Below, piece after piece: positions 32,272 through 42,784 of a DNA stretch of 64,000 nucleotides. The notes beneath the pieces were generated by a model. That model had not been told where the DNA came from, searched no databases, and saw only the letters and a program-made list of their open reading frames with translations. Each line of letters begins with the position of its first letter. The stretch's first letter is position 1. The position numbers were made by a program, and so were the translations under genes. Source of the DNA: Candidatus Marinacidobacterales bacterium (lineage in GTDB: Bacteria > Acidobacteriota > Vicinamibacteria > Marinacidobacterales > SMYC01); the NCBI GenBank assembly GCA_965237955.1, contig OZ250169.1, forward strand, positions 544,001-608,000. Reading direction: 5' to 3'.

Positions 32272-32445
32272 CGTCCTGTGCCAAAACTCGGCCCTTTTGA
32301 AATAGACCATCAATCAGCAGCTTAGTGTCCGTGTTTGCGAAAGGTGCAAACTGCTGACCCGCTGAGCGTTCGAGTATTTGGACCAGACGGGATTGAAACT
32401 CTGCCCTTTTTTGGGACTTGCAATGTCTAGCAATAAACCCCCGAG

Positions 32446-32756
32446 ACGATCAGCAGCGGCGGGTTCTCCAGCGCCAGCGCGTACAGCCGGAGTTGACCGA
32501 AGGCGGCGTCCAGATCGGCCCGCTTGCCCTTGTACTCCCAGGCGAAGTGATGGCGCTTCCAGACATCGGCCCAGCCGTCGCCGCCGGTGTCCTTGCGGGC
32601 GCCCCGCTCGAAGCAGTACGTCTCGCCGCTCGGGTCGGCCTCGGCCGGCGTCGGTTCGTCGAGCAGCCGGCACAGGTCGATGAAGTGCTCCTGCGCCGCT
32701 GAGCGCTCCTTGAGCGCCGAAGCACGCCACTTGTCGATGAACTCGTACGGCGTCAT
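32446..32756 (-). pseudogene. MmeI-like (Type IIL) R-M N-terminal fragment, duplicate of 49838-50150
   Basis: MTPYEFI.KW..ERSA.QEHFIDLC..WADVWK..WEYK. Confidence 0.8.
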
Positions 32757-32806
32757 GGGCGTATTCAGCGTAGCCGATGACGCCGCGCCCCGCCACGCCT
32801 CGCGGT

Positions 32807-33757
32807 CTAGCTGCTGATTCCTCCCCAGAACTCGCCTGACGATCCGCCGCTTCGAGATGCTCGGCGCCGCATTCCGGACGTGAGCAAGGCACGAAGGGCC
32901 GAGTCATCGTCCTGGTGCCGCGCGATAACCGTACGGCGCGACGAGGCCGCCAACTGTAGGTTCAGTTGGGAGAGTCCGTGTTCGTCTATAGCGCGAACGT
33001 GGGGCACGACGTGCCGCGGCGTCTCAGCACCATCGGGTCCAGCTACGAAGCAGTAACCGGGAGTCATGGGGTACATGAGGCACCAGCCTCCTCCACCCGC
33101 GGAGGTGACCAGTACAGGTTCATCCGGCCGGACGAAGCCCGAATTGGACACCGTGCTCCACATTTCCCAGCGCCGGCTGAGGAGCCGTTGGTACATCTGC
33201 GCGAACACGGTGTTGTTCGAAAACAACGTTTCGTACACTCGTCGCAGACTCCCGACATCTGTCGGAAAATCGAGACCCTGTTCGGCAATAAACCTGCCCA
33301 CTCTCGGAAGAAGACGCAGGATGAAAGCAGGCGTGCGAATACACTGAGTGGCCAAGTACGCCACCCACTGTTTCGTCTCGTCCTCGTTTAGTGGAACCAT
33401 CTGCAGGAGCTTCTTGTAGGGTTTCCCGGCATCGCCCTCAACCAAGCTGAGCAGGTGTTCGAGCCCCTGCGAATACAGAAACGACTCCTGACCCCAACTC
33501 CGGGCTCGAACGTCTTTCCCGCGAACTATTCCATCGACACCAAGCTCGTAGACGCGCACCTTGTCCGCGGAAGCCCAGTACTTGTTGCTGAATGCGGAGC
33601 TGAAGTGCTGCCGCCGGCTGCCATCGTGCGCCGGTCGCCGAGAAATGCGCTTCGCGGACTTCGCAGAATCCGGCGGGATCATGGGGAAGCGGTTCCACCA
33701 CTGCTCGCACAGCGGTAGCCACACGTGGTCCGCCAGAATCGTAGCTGTGTTCTCGAT
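32807..33757 (-). CDS. DUF4238-like protein; 5' end abuts, and may be cut by, an A end
   Basis: RQHFSSAF (QHYVP-like), YLATQCIRTP, F..PDEPV, YPMTP..C. Confidence 0.6.
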   Translation of the reverse strand: MENTATILADHVWLPLCEQWWNRFPMIPPDSAKSAKRISRRPAHDGSRRQHFSSAFSNKYWASADKVRVYELGVDGIVRGKDVRARSWGQESFLYSQGLEHLLSLVEGDAGKPYKKLLQMVPLNEDETKQWVAYLATQCIRTPAFILRLLPRVGRFIAEQGLDFPTDVGSLRRVYETLFSNNTVFAQMYQRLLSRRWEMWSTVSNSGFVRPDEPVLVTSAGGGGWCLMYPMTPGYCFVAGPDGAETPRHVVPHVRAIDEHGLSQLNLQLAASSRRTVIARHQDDDSALRALLTSGMRRRASRSGGSSGEFWGGISS

Positions 33758-34317
33758 CCCGTCCTGTGCCAAAACTCGGCCCTTTTGAAATAGACCATAA
33801 ATCAGCAGTTTAGTGTCTCTACTAGCTGCGAGAGGAGATTCGGTCGTCTCGATTTCCTCCTCAGGTCCGTACCTAGTGGATACCAATCACGTTGGAAAAT
33901 GGCTCCAGTCGAACCGAGGTCGGTTGCGTGTCCTTCATCATTATTATAGTCGGAACCCTGGGCATCAGCGGAGGAACCGTCCGGCGCAGCGGGCTTCTGG
34001 TCAGACTCCATCATTGTCCTCCGCCGTGATTCGGCCACGGGCGCTCGGCGACAGGCGGGGCGGACACGGACTCTATGCAGTCGGACGTGGATACCCGAAC
34101 TCGTCTACTGGATGACTCGCCGCGAATAGCGCCTTCGGAATACTCCGCTGGCCTTCGGGAAGGTGCAAACTGCTGACCCGCTGGGCCTTCGAGTATTTTG
34201 ACCAGACGCGTTCAAGTTTTTGACACGACGGCATTTGCCCGAGGTGCTCTTCGCGGCATCCTCAACGGCCGGACACCCATCCCGTCCTGTGCCAAAACTC
34301 GGCCCTTTTGAAATGGT

Positions 34318-34757
34318 GCTTATATACATGACTAGACAAGCCCCTATTTGGATTCACGAATCAGAAAAAAGCCCTCATAGATGAGCAAGGAGACCGCAAA
34401 CGGCACCATAACCAGCCACAAGGTCCCGCTCTCCAGTCCACTGCCCGCCATCTTCGCCAGGTAATTGTAGGCGTACAGATGAACCAGCGCCCCCACCAGG
34501 ACCGTCACCACGAGCCGAGGCCATTCGGTTTCGCCCCGCATCGAACCGAGGATTTTCTCGACGAAAACGAGCACGAGGGCGACGACTGCGAAAGGGTCGA
34601 TCCAATCGAATATGGGCTTGGCCGCAGCGGGATTGACGGCGTAGAAGAAGTTGTTGAGCGTCAAAACGAAAGCTACGCCGAGCATGAAGCATCCTTTTAG
34701 TGACCGCATATTTCATCTTCTCCTATTCTTCTGTCGTGTCTAGTCATGGATATAAGC
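34318..34757. repeat. 21-bp inverted repeats (family D ends, 34318-34338 and 34737-34757) bracketing one gene
   Basis: GCTTATATACATGACTAGACA and TGTCTAGTCATGGATATAAGC, 20/21 match. Confidence 0.9.
34344..34709 (-). CDS. Small four-TM membrane protein
   Basis: 121 aa, four hydrophobic segments, AGGAG RBS upstream. Confidence 0.75.
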   Translation of the reverse strand: MRSLKGCFMLGVAFVLTLNNFFYAVNPAAAKPIFDWIDPFAVVALVLVFVEKILGSMRGETEWPRLVVTVLVGALVHLYAYNYLAKMAGSGLESGTLWLVMVPFAVSLLIYEGFFLIRESK

Positions 34758-35329
34758 CCCTTTGAAATGGACCATAACTCAAGAGCTTATCTTCAAATTC
34801 CCTCTTATTTCGGAACAGGGAATTACCATCTAACCATTTTAGATACAGATGGTTACCACGTCAAAAACGGCCCGATCAGCCTCAAAAATGGCCCAAATTC
34901 CCTGTTTTTCCCTGTTATTGATGGTTTCCAGCCGAGACCGGATAGCTCCAAACTGTCCCATCCGCCACCCAGTCTGGCTAATTGCGGCACTGCAGAGACG
35001 GACGAGATTTTCCGCGCGGTTGGCGGGGTTTTGCAGGATCAGGTGTCACCAGAGACGCGCTATAAGGGCTGAACAGGCCTCATTTTCGATATTGGTCTCT
35101 AATCTCGATTTTCGAGTGCCACGTTTGCGCCAAATAGGGGAGCGGGCCGCTGACCGGGCCATGCGGGCGGCGGAAAAGAGGCCACCCGAGAGGCCCAGAA
35201 GCCGGGGATACCGCGGCGTAGCGGGCTAGCACGTTCTGGTCCAGGTGCGGCCCGGGCCTCCTTGATGTCCATCTTTCCCCAGGCCTGGATCCAGGCCTTT
35301 GCCCGGGAGCGTGGCATCCCGTTTCTGGA

Positions 35330-35497
35330 CGGTGTTTCCCTGCCACGTACGGGGGAACCCGAATCGGCGAGCAGCCGACAGCGCAATCGCAACATTGCAG
35401 CACAAGCTCGGCTCGGCAAACGAAAGTGGCACACAGAATCGGGCTACAGCAAACGGAGCAAAGTCGAGACAACGTTCCATCGCTACAAGGCTATCGC
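35330..35497 (+). pseudogene. IS5-family (IS903-like) transposase fragment
   Basis: RNRNI...GKRKW..ESGYSKRSKVETTFHRYKAI. Confidence 0.7.
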
Positions 35498-35530
35498 AGC
35501 GAGTTGCGATCTTCTTTTTTGCGGACGACA

Positions 35531-35907
35531 GGTACCAACGCAGAAGCGTAGCGGGTGTGGCAACGGACGCAATCTGGGCCAGCGCCTCGCGGCCCAAAGC
35601 CTGGGCCTTGACGGCGAGCCTGCGCCGCTCGTCGTCCGAGAGACTGAGACGCTTGCCCCGAAGCCCGGCTCGGAGCACACGGTTCTCCTCTTGCTGGTAG
35701 TCGATCACATCCTGCTGCTGGCGGTTGACCCAGCCAGCTAGAACGAGCAGTAGGAATTGCACGTGGTACGTCATCATGGGTCTGAAGATAACACCCTCGG
35801 GCTAGACGATTGTAAAGCGCACGGCCCTTGGCCCCGGCACAAACACAGACACTAAGCTGCTGATTTATGGCCTATTTCAAAAGGGCCCAGTTTTGGCACA
35901 GGACGGG
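35531..35907 (-). mobile_element. Truncated family A copy (left end plus about 82 codons)
   Basis: Matches about 6970-7346; cut at GGTACC by a family C end. Confidence 0.9.
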
Positions 35908-36077
35908 AGGCAGAGCCAGCCCTGGACATAGTTGGTCGTCGCCATCGCTGGTTGGCTCCAGCGTGACCAACAGGCCGCTATCGTTTGTGTTTTTGGACAC
36001 GACGCGAGCACCTCCGCCTCAAGCTGCACCGGGGGACGTCGGATGTCCCGAATGTCCAAGAGCGGCAAGGGCCGACA

Positions 36078-36860
36078 TTAACGGACGGGAGGATCGCTAT
36101 TAAACTCCAGCACGAGATGAAATACCAGAACTTCAGACTTGCGTCCGTTGTGTGGTGAATATGGAACCCTGCAGAACAATGTCTCGTCTGGGGATGTATG
36201 TATCCGGTGCTTGAAGGTTGGAATAGGCGGAACCCTAGCAGAGAGCGCACTATCGATCTTGGTGAGCCAATACGAACGGTCACCACAAATCGTATATGCG
36301 ACCATTCCACCAACTTCATGATCGGTATAGGGCTCGTGGGGATCGGAGAATCGTTCTATTCCATCTTTCGAAAGGTACGAACGCGCGATATCGCTGGCCC
36401 TCACAAGACACTTAGCTTCGATGCGAAGGTCGAGGATTTCAGAGCCCAGCCTATACACACGGATGTCGGTTGGTTTGGCGTGCCTGCCGATGCCCTTCTT
36501 CCGGCGTCGCGGGGCTTCCAACGAAAATTGGAGCCCGTCGACATCAACAAGATCATCGTACGCTGGTTCAAGGTTCAGAATGATAGCTTCCCTGAGAGTC
36601 TCAATCACTTCGACGATGGCTTCAGAGACTGCGGTCTCTGATGGAATTCTTACATGGCCTCCCTTCTCCAAACGAGCTTTGACCGGACGCCACCAACCTT
36701 GAAGTGTCGTATAGCGAGATTGGCCTTCTGGGCTCCGAATGCGCTTTTCGGCTTCTTGGAACAGACGAATAACCTGATAAACAGTATGCTCCCACAACAG
36801 GTCCCGGGCCTGATTAGATACAGCATCGCTTCCAAGACTCGTCGGGGAGAACTTAGTCAT
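36078..36860 (-). CDS. Putative PD-(D/E)xK nuclease coupled to the methylase
   Basis: PTDI...IEAKCL...Y..DGI.RF; ATG overlaps the methylase stop by 8 bp. Confidence 0.65.
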   Translation of the reverse strand: MTKFSPTSLGSDAVSNQARDLLWEHTVYQVIRLFQEAEKRIRSPEGQSRYTTLQGWWRPVKARLEKGGHVRIPSETAVSEAIVEVIETLREAIILNLEPAYDDLVDVDGLQFSLEAPRRRKKGIGRHAKPTDIRVYRLGSEILDLRIEAKCLVRASDIARSYLSKDGIERFSDPHEPYTDHEVGGMVAYTICGDRSYWLTKIDSALSARVPPIPTFKHRIHTSPDETLFCRVPYSPHNGRKSEVLVFHLVLEFNSDPPVR

Positions 36861-39800
36861 ACGCATGCCGCGAACGAAGCACGTTCTCGGAGATTGCACG
36901 CGCATCTGCATATGCCTGCTCAATCGTCCAGGCCCCACGTGTCCATGGTTTTGAAACTTCCGCGCATGACAAGTAGGGGTCGTACACGATGTGTCCATGA
37001 GGACTGAATTCAGCGCGCGACGGCGCCTCATGGAAGACAGCGAGTGTTTCCTTATCGGGGATAGGACCAGCCATTGATTTTCTGACAATACGAATCGTGA
37101 TGTAGGCGAAGCCTTCGTGTTCAGCCGGATCTGAGAGGCTATATTCAATGTGGGCTTCGGGTCCAAACTGCTGCGACAGCTGCCTTATCAGCATGGAGCG
37201 ATAGTGGACAACGGAATCCGCATCCGGAGGCCTGAGGCTGTCATCTGGAATCTGCGCGTCTTCATATCCGTGTCTGAAGCTAGCGTATTCTTCCACCGCG
37301 CCTATGAAGGAATCGTCCAGACCCACCTTGTCGGTAAACAGCCTCGTCAAGTCGGTCTCGCTGAGAGCCTCAAGTCGATGAAGATCGGCATCACCGACCT
37401 CTTCAAAAGGGAAAGGAATGTTAATTAGGTCATTCTTCTCAAGTCGTGCTCTGTCGAGTAGTCGTGTTCTTCCGAACAAGGCGTAAAGATAGCGGGCGAC
37501 GTCAGAGTTGAGGAACCGGGCCACTCCCCGTAGTGCCGCGGCGCTCGGTTGTTTCGAAAGTGGGTGTTCCAGAAAATAGAGTGCATTGAAGCTAGAACCG
37601 AAAGCGATTGGTTGCTCTATAAACGTCACTTCATTCATGTGCCTTGGAATGAGGACTATGTTCCCGGAGAACATCTTCACGAAGGGTGCATTTGGGTAGT
37701 TGCGTGCTACCTGTTCGTGAGGATATGAACTAAACTGGAGCTCATCCAAATGGAGGCGCTCACGGTAATCCGTCGCGCTTAGTAAGAGCGCTCGCGGAAG
37801 TCCGGTTTGGTTCGGGCTTCCGCCGCGGGACACAGCCAAATGCGTTTTGGCGAGAAACGTACTAAACGTCGAATCATACTTCGACGCCCAGAGTGTCAGG
37901 TAATTGGCAAAGCGCCGGTCGATTGGCCGGAGCATCAAGGTCCAGAACCAAGAGGCGGCAGAGCGCGTTAGATCGCGCAGGCGATAGTGTTCGATGTCAG
38001 ACTCCGAGACAATGATGGACCATAGATGGCCGTGCTCTCCAATGGGTTGCGAGGTTAATAGCGGCGAATAGACCCAAACCGGATCCAGAACCTCGGGTTG
38101 TTTTGCTTGAGCGAAGATAGCGAGTGTCGGATTGCGGGCTCCCTTGAACAGTCGATATCGAAAATGAGACAGGTTGGCGAAGCCAACAAGCTTCGTCTGC
38201 TTGGCCAGCGCATTGGGAAACGCAATTGCTGTTCGTGCGACGAAACTGCGTGTCGAGACTAGAATCCCTAATACTCCGTTACGCGCTATAAGATCGCGTA
38301 GAATCTTCCAGACGAATAGCTCCGACAGCCGCTTGTTAGTGACTGGACACTTGGACGGATCAAGTTCGTCGAAGAACACGATGGCGGGTTCAAGACTTGC
38401 ATGGCGTTGCTCTATCTGCGATGCGACACGCTGCACATTCGTGCGATCGGACCTCCTCCCCATGCTACCCCAGGGCGGATTTCCGATGACGTGCGTGAAA
38501 CGGCCGACTTCATCTGCGCCATGCTTGTTGATAGTGAATACGTCCCGATTAAGAATATTCTCCGTGAGTGGTGGGAACACCCGTTCCCGCTTCATCAGTT
38601 TGCGCAAGGCATCAATCGCTGTGTTCTCAACGTAGTCGAGCAGTGTGAGATATAGGCTGAACCGCGTAACATTAGCTGCTTGCGGATTGCGCTCGATGCC
38701 GAAAATTGACTCTTCGAGTAAAGTCCTTGCTTTCTTGAAGTGCTCGGCTTTCCAACGGCTACGAGGCATCGTTCTTTCGAGAATTCGGCGATACGCGCCT
38801 ACGAGAAAGATGCCGGAGCCGGCCGCCGGATCGAGCGTTCGACTTGCTGCTGTAAAGGGTCGGATTCGATCGACTTCATCAAGAACGTAATCGACGAGGA
38901 ATGGCGGAGTGTAGAATGCTCCGTCGTCGTTCTTGTCGTTGGAGGATTCTAAGAGAAGGAAAAGCTCATAGATCGCAGAAAGTGTTTCGGTCCGAAGCGT
39001 TGCAAAAGAGACATCGAGAAATCCGAGCTGCCTTGTTCCTTGTCGAAGGAGATCGCCGTGGCGGATTGCGCGACGTACAAGATGTAGCGCTTGAGATGGT
39101 ATACGCTTCCGGTCAGCAGCGCTGATGGGAAAAATAGCACCGTTCATGATATCATCGATACGATCAAACAGTGCCCATACTTCGCTGGCTGGCCACGCCT
39201 GGTCGGCGATGTCGACGCGTCCGGCTTCGAGGAGAGATCGCGCAATATCTCCGCATAACGGCTTGGCGTTGCTGTCCTTAAGACTTGTGAGCCATGATGC
39301 GGTAACGATGCCCCGGTCGAGCAAGACGAAGAAATAGATGAAACGGCCGATGATAGAGTTGACCAAAAGAGCGCGCTGTTCCAGGTCGTGAAACTGCCCG
39401 CGCACCTCATTGTTGAGTTCTGTTATCGCGTCGAGAATGGCGCTATCGACACGACTACGCCGGTCGATAGCGTAGTCGTTCCAAACTACCGAACTCTTCA
39501 ACGACACAGCCGTTAGCGAGGTCAGCTCTGCAGGAATCGCCTGATCGTCGGCGAGTCTGTCCCAGGGGACGGATATCGGATGTGCACTTGGTGGTGTCAA
39601 GCTCTTGCGGATTTGTAGGGCGGTCGGGGTCGCTATCAGCAATATGGGGACAGTGCCCTGGCTCCAAACTAGCCGATGAAGCGAATCCGCCTCTTTCTCA
39701 TCGCGGCTGATCGCAAAATACAGAATGGGTGCGTACTTGTTGGGCTGGTCCAACCGGCTGGAAGGAAAGCCGAATACCGCATGGACATGTATAGTATTAA

Positions 39801-39954
39801 AAGCCTGCCGCACGACATGGCGGCTAGTGACGGCCTTGTAGTCAGCCCAGCGTCTGATCAATGCCGGGTTGTCGGCAAAACCGAGCCGACTCATCACCCG
39901 CTCGAGGCGAAGGGCGAGTTGGTCTGAATCTGTGATTAGCGGTTCTGTGGACAT
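36853..39954 (-). CDS. Large N6-adenine DNA methyltransferase (HsdM/Eco57I-like)
   Basis: 1033 aa; GAFYTPPFLV, LDPAAGSGIFL, GIERNP, VIGNPPW. Confidence 0.9.
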   Translation of the reverse strand: MSTEPLITDSDQLALRLERVMSRLGFADNPALIRRWADYKAVTSRHVVRQAFNTIHVHAVFGFPSSRLDQPNKYAPILYFAISRDEKEADSLHRLVWSQGTVPILLIATPTALQIRKSLTPPSAHPISVPWDRLADDQAIPAELTSLTAVSLKSSVVWNDYAIDRRSRVDSAILDAITELNNEVRGQFHDLEQRALLVNSIIGRFIYFFVLLDRGIVTASWLTSLKDSNAKPLCGDIARSLLEAGRVDIADQAWPASEVWALFDRIDDIMNGAIFPISAADRKRIPSQALHLVRRAIRHGDLLRQGTRQLGFLDVSFATLRTETLSAIYELFLLLESSNDKNDDGAFYTPPFLVDYVLDEVDRIRPFTAASRTLDPAAGSGIFLVGAYRRILERTMPRSRWKAEHFKKARTLLEESIFGIERNPQAANVTRFSLYLTLLDYVENTAIDALRKLMKRERVFPPLTENILNRDVFTINKHGADEVGRFTHVIGNPPWGSMGRRSDRTNVQRVASQIEQRHASLEPAIVFFDELDPSKCPVTNKRLSELFVWKILRDLIARNGVLGILVSTRSFVARTAIAFPNALAKQTKLVGFANLSHFRYRLFKGARNPTLAIFAQAKQPEVLDPVWVYSPLLTSQPIGEHGHLWSIIVSESDIEHYRLRDLTRSAASWFWTLMLRPIDRRFANYLTLWASKYDSTFSTFLAKTHLAVSRGGSPNQTGLPRALLLSATDYRERLHLDELQFSSYPHEQVARNYPNAPFVKMFSGNIVLIPRHMNEVTFIEQPIAFGSSFNALYFLEHPLSKQPSAAALRGVARFLNSDVARYLYALFGRTRLLDRARLEKNDLINIPFPFEEVGDADLHRLEALSETDLTRLFTDKVGLDDSFIGAVEEYASFRHGYEDAQIPDDSLRPPDADSVVHYRSMLIRQLSQQFGPEAHIEYSLSDPAEHEGFAYITIRIVRKSMAGPIPDKETLAVFHEAPSRAEFSPHGHIVYDPYLSCAEVSKPWTRGAWTIEQAYADARAISENVLRSRHAYD

Positions 39955-40459
39955 CGGCGACTGTCTATGGGGTCATGTTCCTGGGTTCCCCTCCGTGCTG
40001 CCCAACGTACTCTCTTTCTGGGCGCAGGGGCACGGATTGACACTGGTGCGGGGGGGTCTCAACGCACAGGCCCGGTGCGCGCCGACGATGTGCGATGCGG
40101 GCCTGCCAAGCTGAGACATCTACTGAGCATGTTACACTCAACAGTGGCCGCAGTCTGCTGCAAAGCGGGACTGCGCGCTCAAGGGCCTCCCCTGAGGATC
40201 GACGTGTACCGGAAGAAGGCATCTTCCACACGGACCTGCCGATGGTACTCTGCGTCCTTCTTCCACCGTCGCCACCCCGTCCTGTGCCAAAACTCGGCCC
40301 TTTTGAAATAGGCCATAAATCAGCAACTTAGTGTCTGTGTTTGCGACCGGGCCAAGGGCCGTGGGCTTTACAATCGTCTTGGGCGGGCGGGTCGTCACCA
40401 TGCAGATGACCTCCTAGTCGAGAGCGAATATCGAAGCGTCCAACGCCAGCTGTGTGACC

Positions 40460-40699
40460 TCAAGTGGCCGCCTTCCGTTCCAGTGGATTTTGTGCGCGAC
40501 TCCTGACCGTCGGTGACGTGTGTCGACTCGTGCGGGTGAAAGGATGTTCTAGGCGGTAGCCGGCACCTATGTCAATTCCGGCTTCGTTTAGGCGATCCAG
40601 TATTCCGAAAAGCTGCTCGATGCGCTGTCGCTGTGGCTTTGGCACTGAATCGACCAGTACTTGATAGTCTTTTTCTCGGTCACCCGGCTCCGAGCTCAT
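40460..40699 (-). CDS. Small hypothetical protein coupled to the SDH protease
   Basis: 79 aa; 4-bp ATGA overlap with the upstream gene. Confidence 0.5.
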   Translation of the reverse strand: MSSEPGDREKDYQVLVDSVPKPQRQRIEQLFGILDRLNEAGIDIGAGYRLEHPFTRTSRHTSPTVRSRAQNPLERKAAT

Positions 40700-41565
40700 A
40701 AGTACTCCCTTGTGTGCATGACCATGAACTCTCCGCCATAGTTCTTGTAGACGTAGTCAGAGAGCAACGAGAAGTACGACAGAAGTTTCTCACTGAGTTC
40801 CTTATTCTGATCGAAGTCATCGATTCGAAGCTTCAAGACATCCCGTACCGTCCCCATTGAGATGCCCCGCCCGTGCGAGTGCCACATCTCATTGTTGCTC
40901 AAAACGTTAGCTATTTCTTCGGCCCTTTGCTTCTTCATCTCCTCGGTTACTTTTATCCCGCAGGTCTCCGTCTTCTCCCAGTCCTTAAATTTGTAGGTAG
41001 TCAGCCACTTCTTTAGAAGTGTAACCGCGAGATTTCGGGCCTGTTCGTACTGGTGTAGCTCGGCAAGGTCGAGCTTCATCAGGAGGCCAAGTTCTGCGTC
41101 CGTAAGCTCGCCGTTCTTTGACTTTTCGATGAAACGATCAAACTGTGCGAGATAGGATACGGCAGGGACCAACTTGTCGTCGCGGACTATCTGCGGGTCA
41201 ATCGGGCCGAGTCGCGAGAAATAGTTCATATGAATTGCGTCTCCAGACATGACGAAGATCGTCCCAGCGGAGAAAGCTACATCGGGGACGTAGAATTCGA
41301 CCTCCTCGTACTTGTGCCGAAGAACATCGACCATCCGCTCGACTATTTCGACAACACCCCCGCCAGTCTGTAGGACGACAGCAATCCTTCGCCTCCGTCC
41401 TTGCTCCGGAATCGAACCGATAGCGTCGCGCAGGTTGTGTTCGGCCCCGGCTCGAATTGGACCGATGGCTGCAACCACGTCCGAGTAGAGCAGCTCCTCT
41501 AACTCACCGATGCTCTTCTGGAGTTGTCGCTGCGCGACCACGGTCACACTCTCTCGTTCCTGCAT
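40696..41565 (-). CDS. SDH-family ClpP-fold serine protease
   Basis: LQTGGG, AFSAGT, LGPIDPQ, WHSHGRGI. Confidence 0.85.
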   Translation of the reverse strand: MQERESVTVVAQRQLQKSIGELEELLYSDVVAAIGPIRAGAEHNLRDAIGSIPEQGRRRRIAVVLQTGGGVVEIVERMVDVLRHKYEEVEFYVPDVAFSAGTIFVMSGDAIHMNYFSRLGPIDPQIVRDDKLVPAVSYLAQFDRFIEKSKNGELTDAELGLLMKLDLAELHQYEQARNLAVTLLKKWLTTYKFKDWEKTETCGIKVTEEMKKQRAEEIANVLSNNEMWHSHGRGISMGTVRDVLKLRIDDFDQNKELSEKLLSYFSLLSDYVYKNYGGEFMVMHTREYL

Positions 41566-41676
41566 TGCCTTCGGGCTGTTACGCGAACCCAACCTTGAAT
41601 TCAATGATGGCAGCACTGAAGGTGGCTACGCAACTGCTTGCTTGGCGCTTGAATGTGGTGCTTCCGCAATCAAGTG

Positions 41677-42468
41677 ATGGAATGGACTCCTCCGCTGACA
41701 TAGACGGCATCGATGTGCCAAAGTCAGTCGAATACGCATCGAAAAGGAGGAGTCCGAATGAAAGATACGACGATCGCTGTGGATCTTGCAAAGAACATCT
41801 TCGAGATTGCCATCTCGGGAGAAGCGGGGAAGGTGTCCAAGCGACTCCGTGTGAGTCGACCCAAATTGGTGTCGTTCTTTGCCAAACAGAGCGCTGCCAC
41901 CGTGCTTCTCGAAGCCTGCGGCTCGGCTCACTTCTGGGCAAGGACGTTGCGACGGTTGGGACACGACGTCGTCCTGCTCCCACCTCACCTCGTGAGGCCG
42001 TATCGACGCGGGAGCAAGAACGACCGCGCCGACACGAAGGCGTTGCTCGAGGCCTACAGGAACGAGGAGCTTCTTCCCGTACCCATCAAGTCCGTGCACC
42101 AGCACAGCCTCGCCGCGCTCCATCGCCTGCGCTCAGGATGGCTCTCCACACGGACCGCACGCATCAATGCCGTACGCGGGATCCTGCGCGAACTCGGATT
42201 CATCATCCCAAAGGGCGCTCACTTCGTCGTGCCCGCCCTCTTCGAACTCGTCGAAGACACTGATTCTGATTTGCCCGACGTGCTCCGTTCGCATCTCCGT
42301 GATGCCTGCTCCGAGATTCGAGACCTCAAGGACAAGTGCGCTGGCATCGAGCACGAGTTCAAGGCGCTCACCAAGCAGCTTCCTGAAGTCCAACGACTTC
42401 TCGCCATTCCCGGCATCGGACTTCTGACCGCGACCGCCATCGTGGGCTTCGTCGGCGATCTTCGCCGC
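41677..42468 (+). mobile_element. IS110-family (IS1111-type) element, 3'-truncated; transposase starts at 41758
   Basis: AVDLAKNIF, LEACG, KNDRAD, IPGIGLLTA; subterminal ATGGACTCCTCC (41682) with inverted GGAGGAGTCC (41746). Confidence 0.85.
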
Positions 42469-42698
42469 TTGGGCGTGGGCGCTCTTTCTTCAGCGCCCTC
42501 ACTTGCTGCCGCAAAGCGACGTTCTCCAACACTAGGTCGGCGCGGTGCCGACACATCGCCCGAATGGCACGGACGCCAAGTGAGACGAGGAAGACAACAA
42601 CGTCGAGCATAGCGGCCGAGTTTCGCCGTCTTCGGCCCGGAATTCAAGCGGAGCGTAAGTCCTTGATTTCGTGGGCGGAGCAGTTTTGACGATGCACA
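42469..42698 (-). mobile_element. Family B-like left end plus about 46 codons
   Basis: TGTGCATCGTCAAAACT, IHF box AATCAAGGACTTA, MLDVVVFLVSLGVRAIRAMC..ENVALRQQ. Confidence 0.85.
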
Positions 42699-42784
42699 AG
42701 GTTGATCGCCAGCGCGCCGTCTTATATCGTCTCCGTCTCGAATCTTAGAGTGGCACTACATACGAAGCCGAAAGGAGACCACCA

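Noticed and set aside
35208-35270. ~60-bp repeat shared with about 49498-49557 as an ncRNA
   Set aside because: Only two diverged copies, no convincing structure or ends; probably a fragment of an unidentified element.
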